Notes: generated by a model from the sequence alone, not told the origin. Numbered from the stretch's first letter, positions 30,519-45,339 are shown. The stretch is DNA of 64,000 bases from Eledone cirrhosa (GCA_964016885.1 OZ024743.1:91946001-92010000); one strand, 5' to 3'. Numbers and translations: made by a program.

Positions 30519-30614
30519 AGATGTCTACATGAATAGACCTGTTATTTTTATCTAAAGACATTTCTTTCCAAGTCCACCCGCCCGTCCCTTCAATCTATCT
30601 TATTTTTCATTCTT

Positions 30615-30650
30615 TCTTCTGATGAAGGACTAGCGTCCGAAATGTTAAGG
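30615..30650 (+). ncRNA. Minimal hammerhead ribozyme (family L) in a PLE terminus
   Basis: TCTT CTGATGA A GGAC tagc GTCC GAA ATGT T^AAGG; downstream tail TGTTATTTCTGTTTACCTTTTAC also occurs reversed at about 10700 and 35018. Confidence 0.7.
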
Positions 30651-30734
30651 CCCTCTTCCTGCTATATCAAGCGTTAACCTAATATATCCCTTCCATATAC
30701 TGTACCGATTGTGTTGTTATTTCTGTTTACCTTT

Positions 30735-30782
<48 letters not shown>

Positions 30783-30799
30783 TATAGATATATATGCTT

Positions 30800-31375
30800 T
30801 ATCGGTGTGGCTGATCAGAGAATCTCTAAGCCACTGTTTTATGGGGCACTGACTCAAGGAGAAAGGAAACAGAGTAAGTTAAAGAAAAGGTTCAAGGATT
30901 GATTGAAAGAGTACTTGAAGAATGTAGGAACTGATATTAAAAAAAATGTGGAAAGTCTCGCAGTGGATCGTGCTACCTGGCTTTCAAAATTATGGGAAGG
31001 TGTGAAAACCTTTGAGCAAAACAAGCTAATGCAAGTGAGTATTAAGAGAAATATAAGAAAGAAAAGCCAGTCAGTGAATATGAAATTAATGGAACCTTTT
31101 CTACTTGTACAGTTTGTTGCCTTTCAGAGGTAACACTTCAATCTCATATAGGATCACACAGTAGGACACTTCCTACTGACTATAGAACATACATACCAGT
31201 TTACACTTATCACCACAAATCTCAGAGAGGTCTAAATCGATATCTTAAAGTTTTTCAAGATCAGACAATACAGGTTGTCAAAGCTGCACCAAAACTAATA
31301 TGTAATGTATGTGGACATCTTTTTAAAAGTATGTCTAGTCTAAAACGCCTCATAAGATCTCATGCCAGAACTGAT
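30800..31375 (+). pseudogene. RTE(BovB-like) LINE 3' coding remnant with C2H2 fingers
   Basis: DQRISKPLFYGALTQGERKQSKLKKRFKD*LKEYLK...LAVDRATW...GVKTFE; later CNVCGHLFKSMSSLKRLIRSH. Confidence 0.85.
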
Positions 31376-31532
31376 GTACACTTAAGTAGTCAAACTTTCT
31401 ATTGAGCAGATAACCGATATTTTACTCTATCACTCTATTACGTGTTCCAGCCGACAGGCTGAGGCCAAGCTGGGGCACCGCCTTTAATATATACATATAT
31501 AAGTCGACATATATATATATATATATATATAT

Positions 31533-31730
31533 AAAACAAAGGAAGTGTGGTAAGGAACCAGACGGATCATAACGCACCAGAGTACTCAATACTTAGGGCA
31601 GTAGAGTGGGAAATAGGAAAAAGTATGACCCCGACGGCAGAGCTCAAGCCGTTTCGACGGCTATTTCTGGACTAATTTACTCCAGCCGAAACGGCTTCAG
31701 CTCTGCCGTCGGGGTCATACTTTTTCCTAT
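31533..31730 (-). mobile_element. Fold-back PLE terminus, HHR family B (core lost)
   Basis: ATAGGAAAAAGTATGACCCCGACGGCAGAGCT...AGCTCTGCCGTCGGGGTCATACTTTTTCCTAT, within (TA)n. Confidence 0.88.
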
Positions 31731-31796
31731 ATATATATATATATATATATATACATAATAAATACAATATCGGGGAAAGCTTTTTAGCGATATGTA

Positions 31797-31839
<43 letters not shown>

Positions 31840-32556
31840 CACATGTGTGTGTGTTTTATGTACACTCTGTGACACCGAAACAGAAAGAATCAACCATTAA
31901 AAGACGAAATAACACGAGAAAACACGAGGATTCCTAAACCCCAACCCCACACCATACCGACCAACTCATTACTTCTATCTGCCATCGTGCTAAACACGGA
32001 AGACTTAAGTAATATGGAAGATGACTGCAGATTTTCACCAGATAAAATTATGTCGTGTCGACTTCCTTGATAGCTTCTATGGATTCGATGGATTAGCTGA
32101 GTAGATGCCTGAGTGTCTGTATGTCTGTGTCTGTATGTGTGTTTGTATGTGCCTCTGTCTGTGTGTGTGAGTTTGTGTCTGTCTGTGTGTCTGTGCCCGT
32201 GTGTATGTGTGTTTGTATGTGTCTGTGTCTGTGTGTGTCTGTGTGTGTCTGTGCCCGTGTGTATGTGTGTTTGTATGTGACTCTGTCTGTGTGTTTGTGT
32301 GTGTGTCTATGTGTGTCTGTGTGTGTCTATCTGTGTCTGTGTCTGCCTGTGTGTCAGTGTGTGTCTGTGTATCGATGTCTGTGTGTGATTTGCTCGTTAG
32401 CTTAGTTAGCTTCGCTAGAACCCAGCACAGTAGAGCAGATGCTGTCTCAGAGTTTTTGCCTGTAAGCCATAATATGTCTTTGAAACCAAGCCTAATTCTG
32501 CGAATGGTGGGTGAGAGAAAACAACCTTATCTCTCTCTATATATCTCACTCTCTCC

Positions 32557-32596
<40 letters not shown>

Positions 32597-32639
32597 CACT
32601 CTCTCTGTCTCTCTCTCTCTATATATATATATATATTAT

Positions 32640-32721
<82 letters not shown>

Positions 32722-32759
32722 TCTCTCTGTCTCTCTCTCTATATATATATATATATTAT

Positions 32760-32871
<112 letters not shown>

Positions 32872-32941
32872 TCTCTTTCTCCTTATATATATATACTTTG
32901 AAACCAAACAAATTCAGCATATCTCTCTCTTTTTCTCTCCA

Positions 32942-33015
<74 letters not shown>

Positions 33016-33545
33016 ACAACACATACACACATCATACAAAACGACAACACACACATACAAACAAACACACATGCACACGCACATACAAACACACACACAT
33101 ACACACATACACACATACAAACACACACGCATACAAACACACACATACAAAAACACACACATGCATAATGTTAGATCTGAAGAATGGAACTATAATGCAA
33201 GTGCAAAGAAAACTGGTTTTCTTGTTAATTATTATTCCTTCTTGTTTAATTAATTAATATACATTTTTGATTATTATTAATTTAATATATTGATAATTAA
33301 CATTTTAAATTTAATGAGTAATATTTTTGTTTTTAAGATTTTTGTTTTTGAATCTTTGGTCATTGAGTTTAACTCTTCAGCATATTGTTGTAGTTGTTGT
33401 TGTTGTTGTTGTTAAAATGGCGGTTGTCGTTATTTCTAATGGTTGGATCCAAATTGACCCTGTTCGAACAGGCCGTATGGTTAAAAGGCGCTCCAGACAT
33501 GACCATTCCATCTCTTTGTTTTGTTTTTATATTATTCTTTTGACA

Positions 33546-33760
33546 AGGCAGTGGCTTGACAGTATCGGTAGAGCGTCGAATATTATGCTTTGCAGCGTAG
33601 AGTTACGGCTATTTACATTCTGAGTTCAAATCCCGCCGAGGTTAGCTTTGCCTTTCATCCTTACGGGGTCGATAAAATAAAGTACCAATCACGTACTGGG
33701 GTCGATATAGTTGACTTTTCCCTTTCCCTTCAAATTGCTGGCCTTGTGCCAAATGTAGAG
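33546..33760 (+). mobile_element. SINE family 1
   Basis: B box GAGTTCAAATCCCGCC and central GCCTTTCATCCTTACGGGGTCGATAAAATAAAGTACC. Confidence 0.85.
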
Positions 33761-33831
33761 CTAATTATTCTTTTGTCATTCAGTTTTAACACTTCACTAT
33801 ATCTGTGATGTATTCCTGCTTGTTATTACTG

Positions 33832-34143
33832 TGGAAGGCGTGTGTAGCTTTGTGGTTAGGGTATTTGGCTCACGATTATAAGGCCGTGAGTTCGATTCCC
33901 GGTGCCCTTGAGCAAGACACTTTATTTCGGGTTGTTCCCGTCCATTCAGCTGATAAAAATAAATTTTGTACTTGTAATTCGAAGGATCAGCCTAGATACA
34001 TTGTGTCATTCTGAATCTCCCTGAAATCTACATTAAGAGTACGCGTGTCTGTGGAATGCTCAGCCACTTGCACGTTAATTTCACGAGTAGGCTGTTCTGT
34101 TGATCGTATGAACTGGAACACTCGTCGTCGTAACCGACGGAGT
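33832..34143 (+). mobile_element. CORE-like SINE (family 3 head, alternative tail)
   Basis: GAGTTCGATTCCC B box, CCCTTGAGCAAGACACTTT CORE-like segment, tail CTCGTCGTCGTAACCGACGG also at about 27290. Confidence 0.8.
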
Positions 34144-34449
34144 TCTAGTTGTTGTTTTTATTATTTTACTTGAAGTCGATTGAGTTAACAGACCATAGAA
34201 TCAAAAGGTGCTCCATCCATGACCATCCTATCCCATCCTTTTGTTCATCTTTGGTTATTAGTTTAACACTTCAGTCTATCTGTGACGTTTTCCTGCTGGT
34301 GACGTTTCTGTTGTTATTATTCTTTTGCTTCAAGTTAACCTGGGAAAATAGATAGACGATCAAGAGGCGCTCCAGGAATGACCAACCCGTTTCTTTGAAC
34401 ATCTGGAAAACAATTTCTAATGTGGGATTTTTTTTGGAGGGGGGCGCTT

Positions 34450-34817
34450 TTATTCTTTTATTTGTTTCAGTCATTAGACCGCGACCATGCTGGGGCACGG
34501 CCATGATTTAGTCGATCGTATCGACCCCGGAAAGTTTTTTTTTATTCAAGTCTGGTACATATTTTACTCATCTCTCTTTTTGTGCAACCGCTGAGTTACG
34601 GGATATAAACATAGACAGGCACAAATACATATGCAAATACTCACACAAACACACACACATACACACATGTAGATATACATACGCACATACATACGTGCGT
34701 ACGTGCGTACGTACGTACGTATGTATGTATGTATAGAAAACATTGGCCCAAGGTTCCAAGCAACAGGACTAAACCCAGAACAAACCGGTTGTGATGAGAA
34801 CTCCTTAACAGCCATGT
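34450..34817 (-). mobile_element. SINE family 2
   Basis: Reverse homologue of 406-455 plus 3226-3385, with an internal microsatellite. Confidence 0.7.
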
Positions 34818-34992
34818 TTGTTTTTCAATTTTTTAGACGGTCTGGTGGGTTTGATTTGAGGGAGTATTGGCTGCTGCTTCGGGTGAGTCGAGCGACCACA
34901 TTAGATCTCTCTCTCATCCCCCTCATTCTCTCTCTATATATATGTGTGTGTGTGTGAGAGAGAGAGAGAGTGTGTGTTGTGTGTGTGTGTGT

Positions 34993-35024
<32 letters not shown>

Positions 35025-35420
35025 GTAAACAGAAATAACACAGCAAACGACACAGCACATTAAAGAAATATATTAGTTTAACGATATATATATATCTAGT
35101 TCAAAAACCTTTTCACAATCCGAAGTCCGGATACTACTTTAAGAAGTTTTTGTTATTTAACCCCATGCCGGCCCCTATCGAACAAATCTATGATCAAAGA
35201 CGTTCCAGCAATGAACATCCCGTCTTTTTTATATATCAGGGACGACAATGTCCAATTTATCTTTCCCCTCTTCGATGACGGCAGACGATAGAGCGTCTTT
35301 AGTAAGATTTAGCTGTTGTTTCTTACAGGTTGATTGTCCAGGTAGAGGCTCCCATTTTAGGCCTATTCTCCTTGAATTGATGGGGATTGGATATAAAGAT
35401 ATAACTGATACAAACACACT

Positions 35421-35484
<64 letters not shown>

Positions 35485-37794
35485 TACAAACATACACATA
35501 CGCATATACATACACATGCACACATACACATTCACGCACACATACACATACACATACATACATAAACACACATACATAAACACATGCATACACATACATA
35601 CACACCTATATTTGCCATGTCACATTCTACTTAAGCATAAAACGACCCTTGTTGAGCTGTTGATTTAGTAGCACTACTGGTGGTTGTTGTTGTGGTGTTG
35701 GTGATTGTGATAGTCGCGGTGGTGATGTAGTAGTTTGTAATAGTGTAGAGATGACGGCGGTGGTAGTAGTGGTGGGATGATGAGGCCGGGGGGGGGGGGG
35801 GGCTTCTTGAAGTGATTATTCTTGATTCATTGAATATCTGGTACACCAGGGAGATTCGTAACAATAATGCTAAAATAACAATTGGTTTTGAAAAAAAAGG
35901 ATTAAAAAATACATATATATACACACATATATATATATATACACACACACACATATATATATATAAAGAATCAATATTTGGTTTTATTTTTCATTGGGAT
36001 TTGTTCACCCTATCTTTCTTTATCATTCCCCTTCATTCCTTTTGTGTTTGTTGGTGGTTTTTATGGGGAGGCAGTGGAAAGAAGCTTTTGAATTCAATAT
36101 GTTTGCTGACAATATTAGGAAGCCATCTTTCCTGTACTTAGATTTCCATCCTTTAGCGTGTTGTATGTATGTCGTCTGCAGTTCAATGAGTGAGTGAGTG
36201 ATTCCACGGTAGTCAGATTAAGTCATGTATCTAAGACTGTCGTTCTCAATCTAAAAATAACTGTAAAATATATTTTAATACACGTAAGCGAAAAATTATT
36301 CATGTTAGTGCATGAAGATTATTTGTTATTTTTAAAATTCTTGTTTCCAAATAGTGAATAAGAAAACTGAGCTTCGAAATAATTTAGTGAAAGTGAATGG
36401 AAGAGCGTGGGGGAAGGAGGTCGAAGAAGATAGGGATAAATATGTGTGAAATGGCATAAAACTATCATATATACTGTTTACTAAGAGTAATCTTTATTTT
36501 CAGCTATTGTTACATTACATGCAAATATGACTTCTCTCACATATGCACACATTCTCACATATGTACGAATACACAATACTATAATGCTCATACAAGCAAA
36601 TACAAGTTGTGTTGCTCGTAATGGGAGTAATGATTTCGCCCCGGGGGAAAAAGAAGAAAAGAAAGAAAGATATACAGAAAATACTAGAGAATACTATAGT
36701 AATAAAGTGATGGGGAAACTATGAGGAAGAGTGAGAGAGTGAAAGAGTGAGAAAGTGGGAGAGTGAAAGAGTAAGATTGTGAAAAAGGGAAAGAGGGAGA
36801 AAGTGAAAGACTGGGGAAGAGTTAGAAAAAGTGAAAAAGAGTGAGAAAGCGTAAGAGAGGGAGAAAGTGGGAGAAGGGGGGGGGGAGAAACAATAAGTGA
36901 GTGAGAAAGAGTGAGGAAGAGTGAAGGAGTGAGAAAGTGAGAGAGAGGGAAACAGTGAGAGAGAAAGAATAAGAGAGTGAGAAATGTTTCACGTCATCAC
37001 TTCATATACACAAGCAAACATTAACACACACGCATACACACACTCACACACGCATACACACACTCACACACATATACACTCACTCACACACGCATATACT
37101 CACACACATACACACACATACACTGACTCACACACACATACACTCACTCATACAAATACCCACACACATACACTCACTCACACACATACACACACATACA
37201 CTCACTCACACCCACATACACTCACTCATACACATACACACACACATACACTCACTCACACGCGCACACAAACATAAACTCACACACACACACATACCTA
37301 CTCACATACACACACATACACTCACTCACACCCACATACACTCACTCATACACATAAACTCAGACACACATACACACACACACCTACTCACATACACACA
37401 TATATGCACACACTCATACACTCACTCACACACACATACACATAACTACACACATACACACACATACACACACATACACACACCTACACACATACACACA
37501 CCTACACACACCTACACACATGCACACACTCATACACACACCTACACACATACACACACATACACTCGCTCACACACACACATACACATATGTGTGTGTA
37601 TAAGTGTGCATCTGTGTATGTATAACACAGATGCACACTCATACACACACATACACACTCACACACACATACACAGACCTACTCACATACACACACACAT
37701 ACCTACACATACACTCGCTCACCATCAGCTAGTCTATCAAACAAAGAAACAGCCAGAAGAATAAATGTACATGTGTACAGAAAAGAACTTTGAT

Positions 37795-38960
37795 TCATGT
37801 ATGTGTGTGTGTTTGCGTGTGTGTGTGGCGGTGAGGGAGGAGGTCGTGGTGAGTGTGCGTATGTGCGTTTGTGTGTGGATGTATTTGTGCATGTGTGTAA
37901 GAGTGCGGAAGTGTGGAAGTGTGTGTGCGGAAGTGTGGAAGTGTGTGTGTTTGTGTAAGTGTGTGTGTTGAAGTGTGGAAGTGTGTGTGTTTGTGGAAGT
38001 GTGTGGAAGTGTGGAAGTATGTGTGTGTGTGGAAGTGTGGAGGTGTGTGTGTTTGTGTAAGTGTGTGTGTTGAAGTGTGGAAGTGTGTGTGTTTGTGGAA
38101 GTGTGTGGAAGTGTGGAAGTATGTGTGTGTGTGGAAGTGTGGAGGTGTGTGTGTTTGTGGAAGTGTGTGTGTGTGTGGAAGTGTGTGTGTGTGTTGTTGT
38201 TGTTGTAAGTGTATGAGTATTGAACCTCCATCAGTTTCGACAACAAGTGTGTGTGTATGTTTGCGTGTGTGTGTGTGTGGCGGTGGGGAGGAGGTGGTGG
38301 TGAGTGTGCGTATGTGCGTTTGTGTGTGTATGTATTTGTGTATGTGTATAAGAGTGCGGAAGTGTGGAAGTGTGTGTGTTTGTGTAAGTGTGTGTGTTGA
38401 AGTGTGGAAGTGTGTGTGTTTGTGGAAGTGTGTGGAAGTGCGGAAGTATATGTGTGTGTGGAAGTGTGGAGGTATGTGTGTGTGTGTGTGTGTGTGGAAG
38501 TGTGGAAATGTGTGTGTGTGTGTGTGTGTGGAAGTGTGGAAGTGTGTGTGTGTGGAAGTGTGGAAGTGTGTGTGTGTGTGTTGTTGTTGTAAGTGTATGA
38601 GTGTTGAACCTCCATCAGTTTCGACAACAAGTGTGTATGTGTGTTTGCGTGTGTGTGTGGCGGTGGGGGAGGAGGTGGTGGTGAGTGTGCGTATGTGCGT
38701 TTGTGTGTGTATGTATTTGTGCATGTGTGTAAGAGTGCGGAAGTGTGAAAGTGTGTGTGTGCGGAAGTGTGGAAGTGTGTGTGTTTGTGTAAGTGTGTGT
38801 GTGGAAGTGTGTGTGTTTGTGGAAGTGTGTGGAAGTGTGGAGGTGTGTGTGTTTGTGGAAGTGTGGAAATGTGTGTGTGTGTGGAAGTGTGGAAGTGTGT
38901 GTGTGTGTGTTGTTGTAAGTGTATGAGTGTTGAACCTCCACCAGTTTCGACAACAAGTGT
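37795..38960. repeat. Three-unit segmental repeat rich in GTGTGGAAGT
   Basis: Marker GTAAGTGTATGAGTRTTGAACCTCCAYCAGTTTCGACAACAAGTG at about 38204, 38589 and 38915. Confidence 0.9.
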
Positions 38961-39204
38961 TCCTGTTGTTCAAACAACGGACAATCGGCTTTCAAATTTA
39001 ACGTGCAAGCATTCCACAGACATGTTCACACTTAATCTTATCCCCAGAGAGATTCAGCGTGACTTGTGGTGTGAGGAAGCTGGCCCCCTAACCACATGCA
39101 CAACAACAATGACAACAGCAACAACAATCAATGTGTTGACAACTGTTCCAGTTGTTTGAAATTAAAGTGCCAATGGCTTGAGTATTCCAGAGACACCTTC
39201 CTCC

Positions 39205-39550
39205 AAAATCTGTCTCAAACCAGGAGGCCCGACAGGCCGGTCCTTATCCCGGTTTGATGACGTGAAGCGATTGAGAGTACATGACTGCTCCCTGGACAGG
39301 ACGCCAGTCAATCGCAGAGTTAAACTCCCAGCTATTCCTGGGCTAGATTGTGTGTTGTGTTCTTGAGCAAAACACTTCATTTTATGCTGCTCCAGTACAC
39401 TCAGCGAAAAATGTGTATAGCTGGGGTGTTTAACCCTGCGATGGACTGGCGTCCTGTTCAGGAGAGAGTCTTGTATTCTCAGTCGCTTCGCGCCACGAAA
39501 CCGAGATAAGCGCCGGCCTGACGATTCTCCTGGCTAGAGACAGACTTTAG
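39205..39550. mobile_element. Head-to-head pair of SINE family 3 fragments
   Basis: 39205-39334 (-) and about 39345-39550 (+) are reverse-homologous. Confidence 0.8.
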
Positions 39551-39774
39551 ACTTTAAACAAACACATATGTTGTATTATTACGGCTGATTAGCGATTTAT
39601 TCAGCTGTTGGTAGGATCTGTTATTTCATTTCTGTCTTTCTTTTGTATGTTTACCAGTATTACTGAAGACAAACAGTCATAGGAACAGATGAACAGATGG
39701 CCAAAGAGAGGATAATATATTCTGTCCCTGACACACTTTCTCGCTTTTCACCTTCACCATCTCCTCTCTCTCTA

Positions 39775-39809
<35 letters not shown>

Positions 39810-40353
39810 AAGAGCAATGCCACACAATAGATGGACAAAGAGGGGGAAATATATTTTGTCCCTGACAATTTGTTCTCACTTTCCACCTTCACCATCTCTG
39901 TTCTCTCTCTCTTTCTCTCTCTCTCTCTATCTATCTATCTCTCTCTCTCTCATTCTCTCTCTCTCTCTCTCTACCTTCCTCTCTCATTCTCTAGCACACG
40001 CACGCACACCACACACACACCCACACACACACACACACACACAAAGCAATGCAACCCATTGCTATCTTGCGTCCTTCCTAGGTTTCTTTTTACCATAAAT
40101 ATTCTATTTGATTTCTTTTTCTCATATCCATTCTAAGGACTATCGCATCATCGAAAAATCTGATTATAGATTCCAATGTTTCATAATCCATTTATAACAA
40201 ATTCTTTTAATTCCCAACAAACTTCCAACTTTGAAATTTCTGTTGAGAGATTGAGAAAACAGTGATAGTGTGTAGGGGTGATATCGTCTGAACCAAACCT
40301 CGGGTATTGATATCAAATATGTAGAGTTCGAGTCTAAACTTAATTATCACACC

Positions 40354-40450
40354 CAGGGTCGGATTTAATGTGGGAGAGGTAAAGAGAGCAATTGTCCCGG
40401 GTCCCCTGCAGCGAGGGGTCCCACCAGCAACGGCCATAGCAATAAATTTG
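40354..40450 (+). mobile_element. hAT-like MITE terminus
   Basis: Starts CAGGGTCGGATTT with a GC-rich subterminal region; the other end was not found. Confidence 0.4.
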
Positions 40451-40691
40451 TACCCTAAACTAGGTGTTTTAGTTTTAAAATGGTTAGAATTTTTGAATTT
40501 AATACCTGTATGTATAACTTTTCAATTCCAGTTACTTGCATCAAACTAACTTTGATATGTAAAGTTGGGGGGTTTGCTGTGTATTGTAATGTTTGTGTAT
40601 GAGGGTATGTTGAAAAGGTAGAATACCAGTAGTGAGCCCAAACGTTTCAATTTATTTCCACAAGTTTTTTCATATATACACACACGCACAC

Positions 40692-40787
<96 letters not shown>

Positions 40788-41127
40788 GCGTGCGTGTGCG
40801 TGTGTGGGTGTTGTATTTGTTCCTATCTTTTCTCTGATAATGAGATGAGACAGGAAAGGTATTTATTTTGTGTATGTATGTATATATATATATATATATA
40901 TATACATTGTGTGAGCACGTGAGCGAAAGAGAAACAGACAGACACAGAGAGAAAGAGAGAGAGAAAGAGAGAAAGAGAGAGAGACAGAGAGAGAGACAGA
41001 GAGGCAGAGAGAGACAGAGAAAGAGAGAGAGAGAGAGAGAGGGGGAGGCAGAGAGACAGAGAGACAGAAAGAAAGAGAAAGAAAGAGAAAGAAAGAGAGA
41101 GAGAAAGAGAGAGGGGGAGAGAGAGGC

Positions 41128-41196
<69 letters not shown>

Positions 41197-41468
41197 CTGT
41201 TGAGATGCAACAAGGACTATTTATCTGAAACCTAATCAATATTATTTCTAGGAAGTAAATCCTTCTCATGTATCCAATAATTGGCAGCCTGCTGCACTAT
41301 CATTTACATGTTAGCGAATAATAAAACAGCTGAACTTGGTCATCTGCAAGATTAGCGACCAACGTAATGTTCATACAGGCTCTAGGTGGAGCGGGCTACT
41401 TTGTTGTTGTTATTGGAGCTTGTTGGAGGTATTTTTGTTTTGTTTGGTTTTTATTTTGTTGTTGTTGC

Positions 41469-41514
<46 letters not shown>

Positions 41515-42041
41515 GATGATGTGGTTGTTGGTGTTGTTGTTGTTGGTGGTGGTGTTGCTGTTGTTGCTGCTGTTGCTGTTTTTACATCATTAAAGGGGGA
41601 TAAGCTGTCTGTATTAAATTTTACAAGCTCATGGATGGGGCTAAGGGAAAAATATATGTATAGTTGACACGGAAATCTACCTGATCAGACGAATGCAACA
41701 ACAACAACAACAACAACATCATCATCATCATCATCATCATCGTCAACAACAACAGCAACAACAAAAAGAAAAAGAAAAAGAAAAAAGAAAAAAACATTGG
41801 TGCTAACCTATTGCAGGCTCTATTCCATAATGGATCCATTCTGTCGTCCTTCAGTCATTGACTTCTGATGGAGACGTAGGGACGCCGTCATGACATATGG
41901 TGTGTCTTGGACATTTGAAAACTGGCAAAGACCTTCATTCTCCAAGTTTGATTACAACTGATTTCTTCCAGAGAAAGAGAGTGTGTGCGAGAGAGAGAGT
42001 GGAGGGGGGGGGGGGAGAAGAAGAAGAAGAAGAAGAAGAAG

Positions 42042-42157
<116 letters not shown>

Positions 42158-42642
42158 GGAGGAGGAGGAGGAGGAGAAGGGGAGGAGGAGGAGCAGGAAA
42201 AGAAGGAGAAGAAGAAGGAGGAGGAGGAGAAGAAGAGGAAGTAGAAGAAGAAGAAGAAGAAGAATCGACTCCATTACTTTGTTGGGTGATGTGAGCTCAG
42301 CGGGATTTGAACTCAGCCAGAACAAATAGTGCTGCTCTAAAAAGACTGTCACTTCAAATGAATAGACATTTAGCTGGGTAATGTCCAAATATGTGTAGAT
42401 GTGTGTGTGTAAATATAAATGGATAGATGTACATATACAGCTATACACATACACATTATATACATATATATATACATATATATACATATGTAAACATATA
42501 TATATATATAGTGTGTGTAAGTATGTGTATTTATATTTAAAAAAAGGATCGATCGACTTTCGTCAAATCGGACCGAGGAAACAATGTTTCCGTTGGTCTT
42601 TCCAGTTGCTAGTACTATCTATCGGTCGCAACTCCAGGTAGA

Positions 42643-42763
42643 AGGAGCAACGTGAAATAAAGTGTCTTGCTCAAGGACATAACGCATCGCCCGGTCCAGG
42701 GATCAAACTCACAACCTCAAGATTGTGAATCCAATTCTCTAACCACTCAGCCACACGCCTTCA
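42643..42763 (-). mobile_element. SINE family 3 head
   Basis: Minus strand GAAGGCGTGTGGCTGAGTGGTTAG...GAGTTTGATCCC...CCTTGAGCAAGACACTTT. Confidence 0.75.
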
Positions 42764-42867
42764 CGTATTTATATAAATATATATATGTGTGGTGTGTGTG
42801 TGTATGTGTGTATAAATACGTAACAACTTCAAAAGCCCAACAACATATGACGTAGTGACCACAAACA

Positions 42868-43060
42868 ATAAAACAACGCAGCAAAGAAAGAAATACGACT
42901 TGGTTCAATCCATCGTTCAACAAGAACGTTAAAACTGGTGAAGTAAAACAATCTCTCTCCTTAATCAACAAATACTCTTCCCCACCGCCCCATAAAGAGC
43001 CTATAAATTCCTAAATTATTCAATAGGAACAATTTAACGGGCAGATATACCACATCTACT
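42868..43060 (+). pseudogene. Naiad-type PLE fragment (post-RT linker)
   Basis: KQRSKERNTTWFNPSFNKNVKT...SLINKY...KLFNRNNL, matching the WFNPPYS.NVKT...KIFNRN motif. Confidence 0.75.
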
Positions 43061-43220
43061 AAAAAAGTATTTTGTTCTTTCATAACAGAATCTTTTAAAA
43101 TAAGAAATCAACTGTGATAGTTGAAACAACGTGTATCAGGCCACTGTAGGTGATTATGTATATACATATATATGTGTGTGTGTGTGTCTGTGTACATATA
43201 ATTACACCCAAACACACACG

Positions 43221-43280
<60 letters not shown>

Positions 43281-43351
43281 AAAAAGAGAGAGAGAAACAA
43301 AAAAGGAAATAAATATATTTTTCTTCCTAATAATCGTCTCTTTCTCCCTGT

Positions 43352-43406
<55 letters not shown>

Positions 43407-43460
43407 TATGTGTATGTACTTATGCATGTACAGGTATGTGTTCGTACGTATAATGAAATA

Positions 43461-43515
<55 letters not shown>

Positions 43516-43710
43516 AGAGAGAGAGAGAGAAAGGGAGAGAGTGTGTGTTGTTGTTGTATCTATTTATTTATAATTGGTAATACATGTAAATATATATATA
43601 TATATATATATATAATGCATACATAATGAGAGTATCAAAAGATATACAAATTTGCGTGTGTATGTGAATGTATGTGTCTATCTATGTACGTACTCACACA
43701 CACACACACT

Positions 43711-43742
<32 letters not shown>

Positions 43743-43925
43743 AATATATATCTTTGTGTGATGTTGTGTGTGTGCGCGCGCGCACTTGTGTGCTAATGCA
43801 TGATTCTATGAACGCGAATGCCTGAGCAATTGTGCTTGTTTCCGTGCCTGGGTGTGTATGTATGCGGGGCATATGTATTTTTTCAGGAGTATGTGTATAT
43901 ATGTTTATGTATGTATGTATGTATG

Positions 43926-44508
43926 TTATATCAGAGTTTTCCTTCTCCTAGAATACTGCCTTGACTAAGGGTCATCTCTCCCGGTGATTTTGGATGGCCA
44001 TTGACTCTTAAGAGCTCCTTTTCCCTTTGACAGGTTTTGTTTTTACTCCTGCAGGATGTCCAAAGTCACCCTCCTCACCAAGAAACCTTGGTGGGGTTGC
44101 CAGTTTAGTCGCCAACGATCCGACCATGAGACAGGTTGTACTGGGATACATGTTACCAGTAGCACCAACTGCAACCCTGATGGTATCCAATGATGTTGAC
44201 TTGTTCTTTTTGGTAAATATCATCTTGGTTAAGAGAGTGGGACTGGCTTTGTGCAGTGCCTTTGCTCACTATAAAAGCTTCACGGCACAGGCATTGCTTT
44301 ATATCTGGAGATCTCTCTGCACTTGTCGTCGCATGGTACCATGGGCCCAGCACTATGTGTCAATAATTGTCACAAGTGTAGTGTTTGTACCAGAGTTTTC
44401 AAGTCTCTGGCTAGACTAAAAAGTGACACTCGTTCAGCGCATCAGTAGGGGTTCTCCTACATGGATATAAAGTAGTGGCCGTACTCGAAAACGAGTTGGC
44501 AGCCACAA
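43926..44508 (+). mobile_element. RTE-derived non-autonomous element with inverted 5' segment
   Basis: 43926-44171 is the reverse complement of about 18662-18915; 44169-44508 is colinear with about 18918-19260. Confidence 0.85.
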
Positions 44509-44529
44509 TGTATGTATCAATGTATATAG

Positions 44530-44797
44530 TGGAGGCGTATGGCCTAGTGGTAAGGGTGTTGGACTTACGACCATAATGTCGATTATTGGGTTGTGTATTG
44601 TGTTCTTGAGCAAAACACTTCATTTCACGTTGCTCCAGTATACTCAACTGAAAATGAGTACCAGCAATAGCTGGAGGTTTAAATCTGCGATGGACTGACG
44701 CCCTGTCCAGGGGGTATCTTGTGCTCCCAGTCGCTTCACACCACAAAACTGGGATACACACTGGTCTGATGAGCCTCCTAGCTTGTGATGGACTTTA
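44530..44797 (+). mobile_element. SINE family 3
   Basis: GGAGGCGTATGGCCTAGTGG...GTGTTCTTGAGCAAAACACTTC...; homologous to 9468-9731. Confidence 0.85.
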
Positions 44798-44929
44798 CAT
44801 GTATATATGTATGCGTTTGAGTGTGTGTGTGTATGTGTACTTTATTATAGGTGGTGGTGATGTGGTGTTTAGCAATGTGTTGTGCTGTTCGGCTGGTATA
44901 CTGGTGGCGTATTTATGTGTATGAGTCTG

Positions 44930-44965
<36 letters not shown>

Positions 44966-45076
44966 CAGACTCATACACACACACACACATATATATACAC
45001 CAACTCATATTATAATATTATAAAATTAAATCAAATTATTTAGAACTACAAGTGAAGTCATTCTTTTCCTTTTTTT

Positions 45077-45141
<65 letters not shown>

Positions 45142-45339
45142 TTATATAGAATATCTGAATATCTTATACATATCACTGCTGACGGGTCGATGATATATCG
45201 TTCCCCGAGGATATTTGCCAACTCAAGCAATTAAACAGAAGGAGTCTGACCAGAAACAGTCTGTGAACTGAAAAATAAATAAGTCAGACCACTTCAGCAG
45301 ATTGAGATGGTCATTATTGTCAGATCAAATTCTTCGACT

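Noticed and set aside
41800-41880. Branch point/acceptor-like GCTAACCTATTGCAG exon
   Set aside because: All three frames close before a plausible donor; no other support
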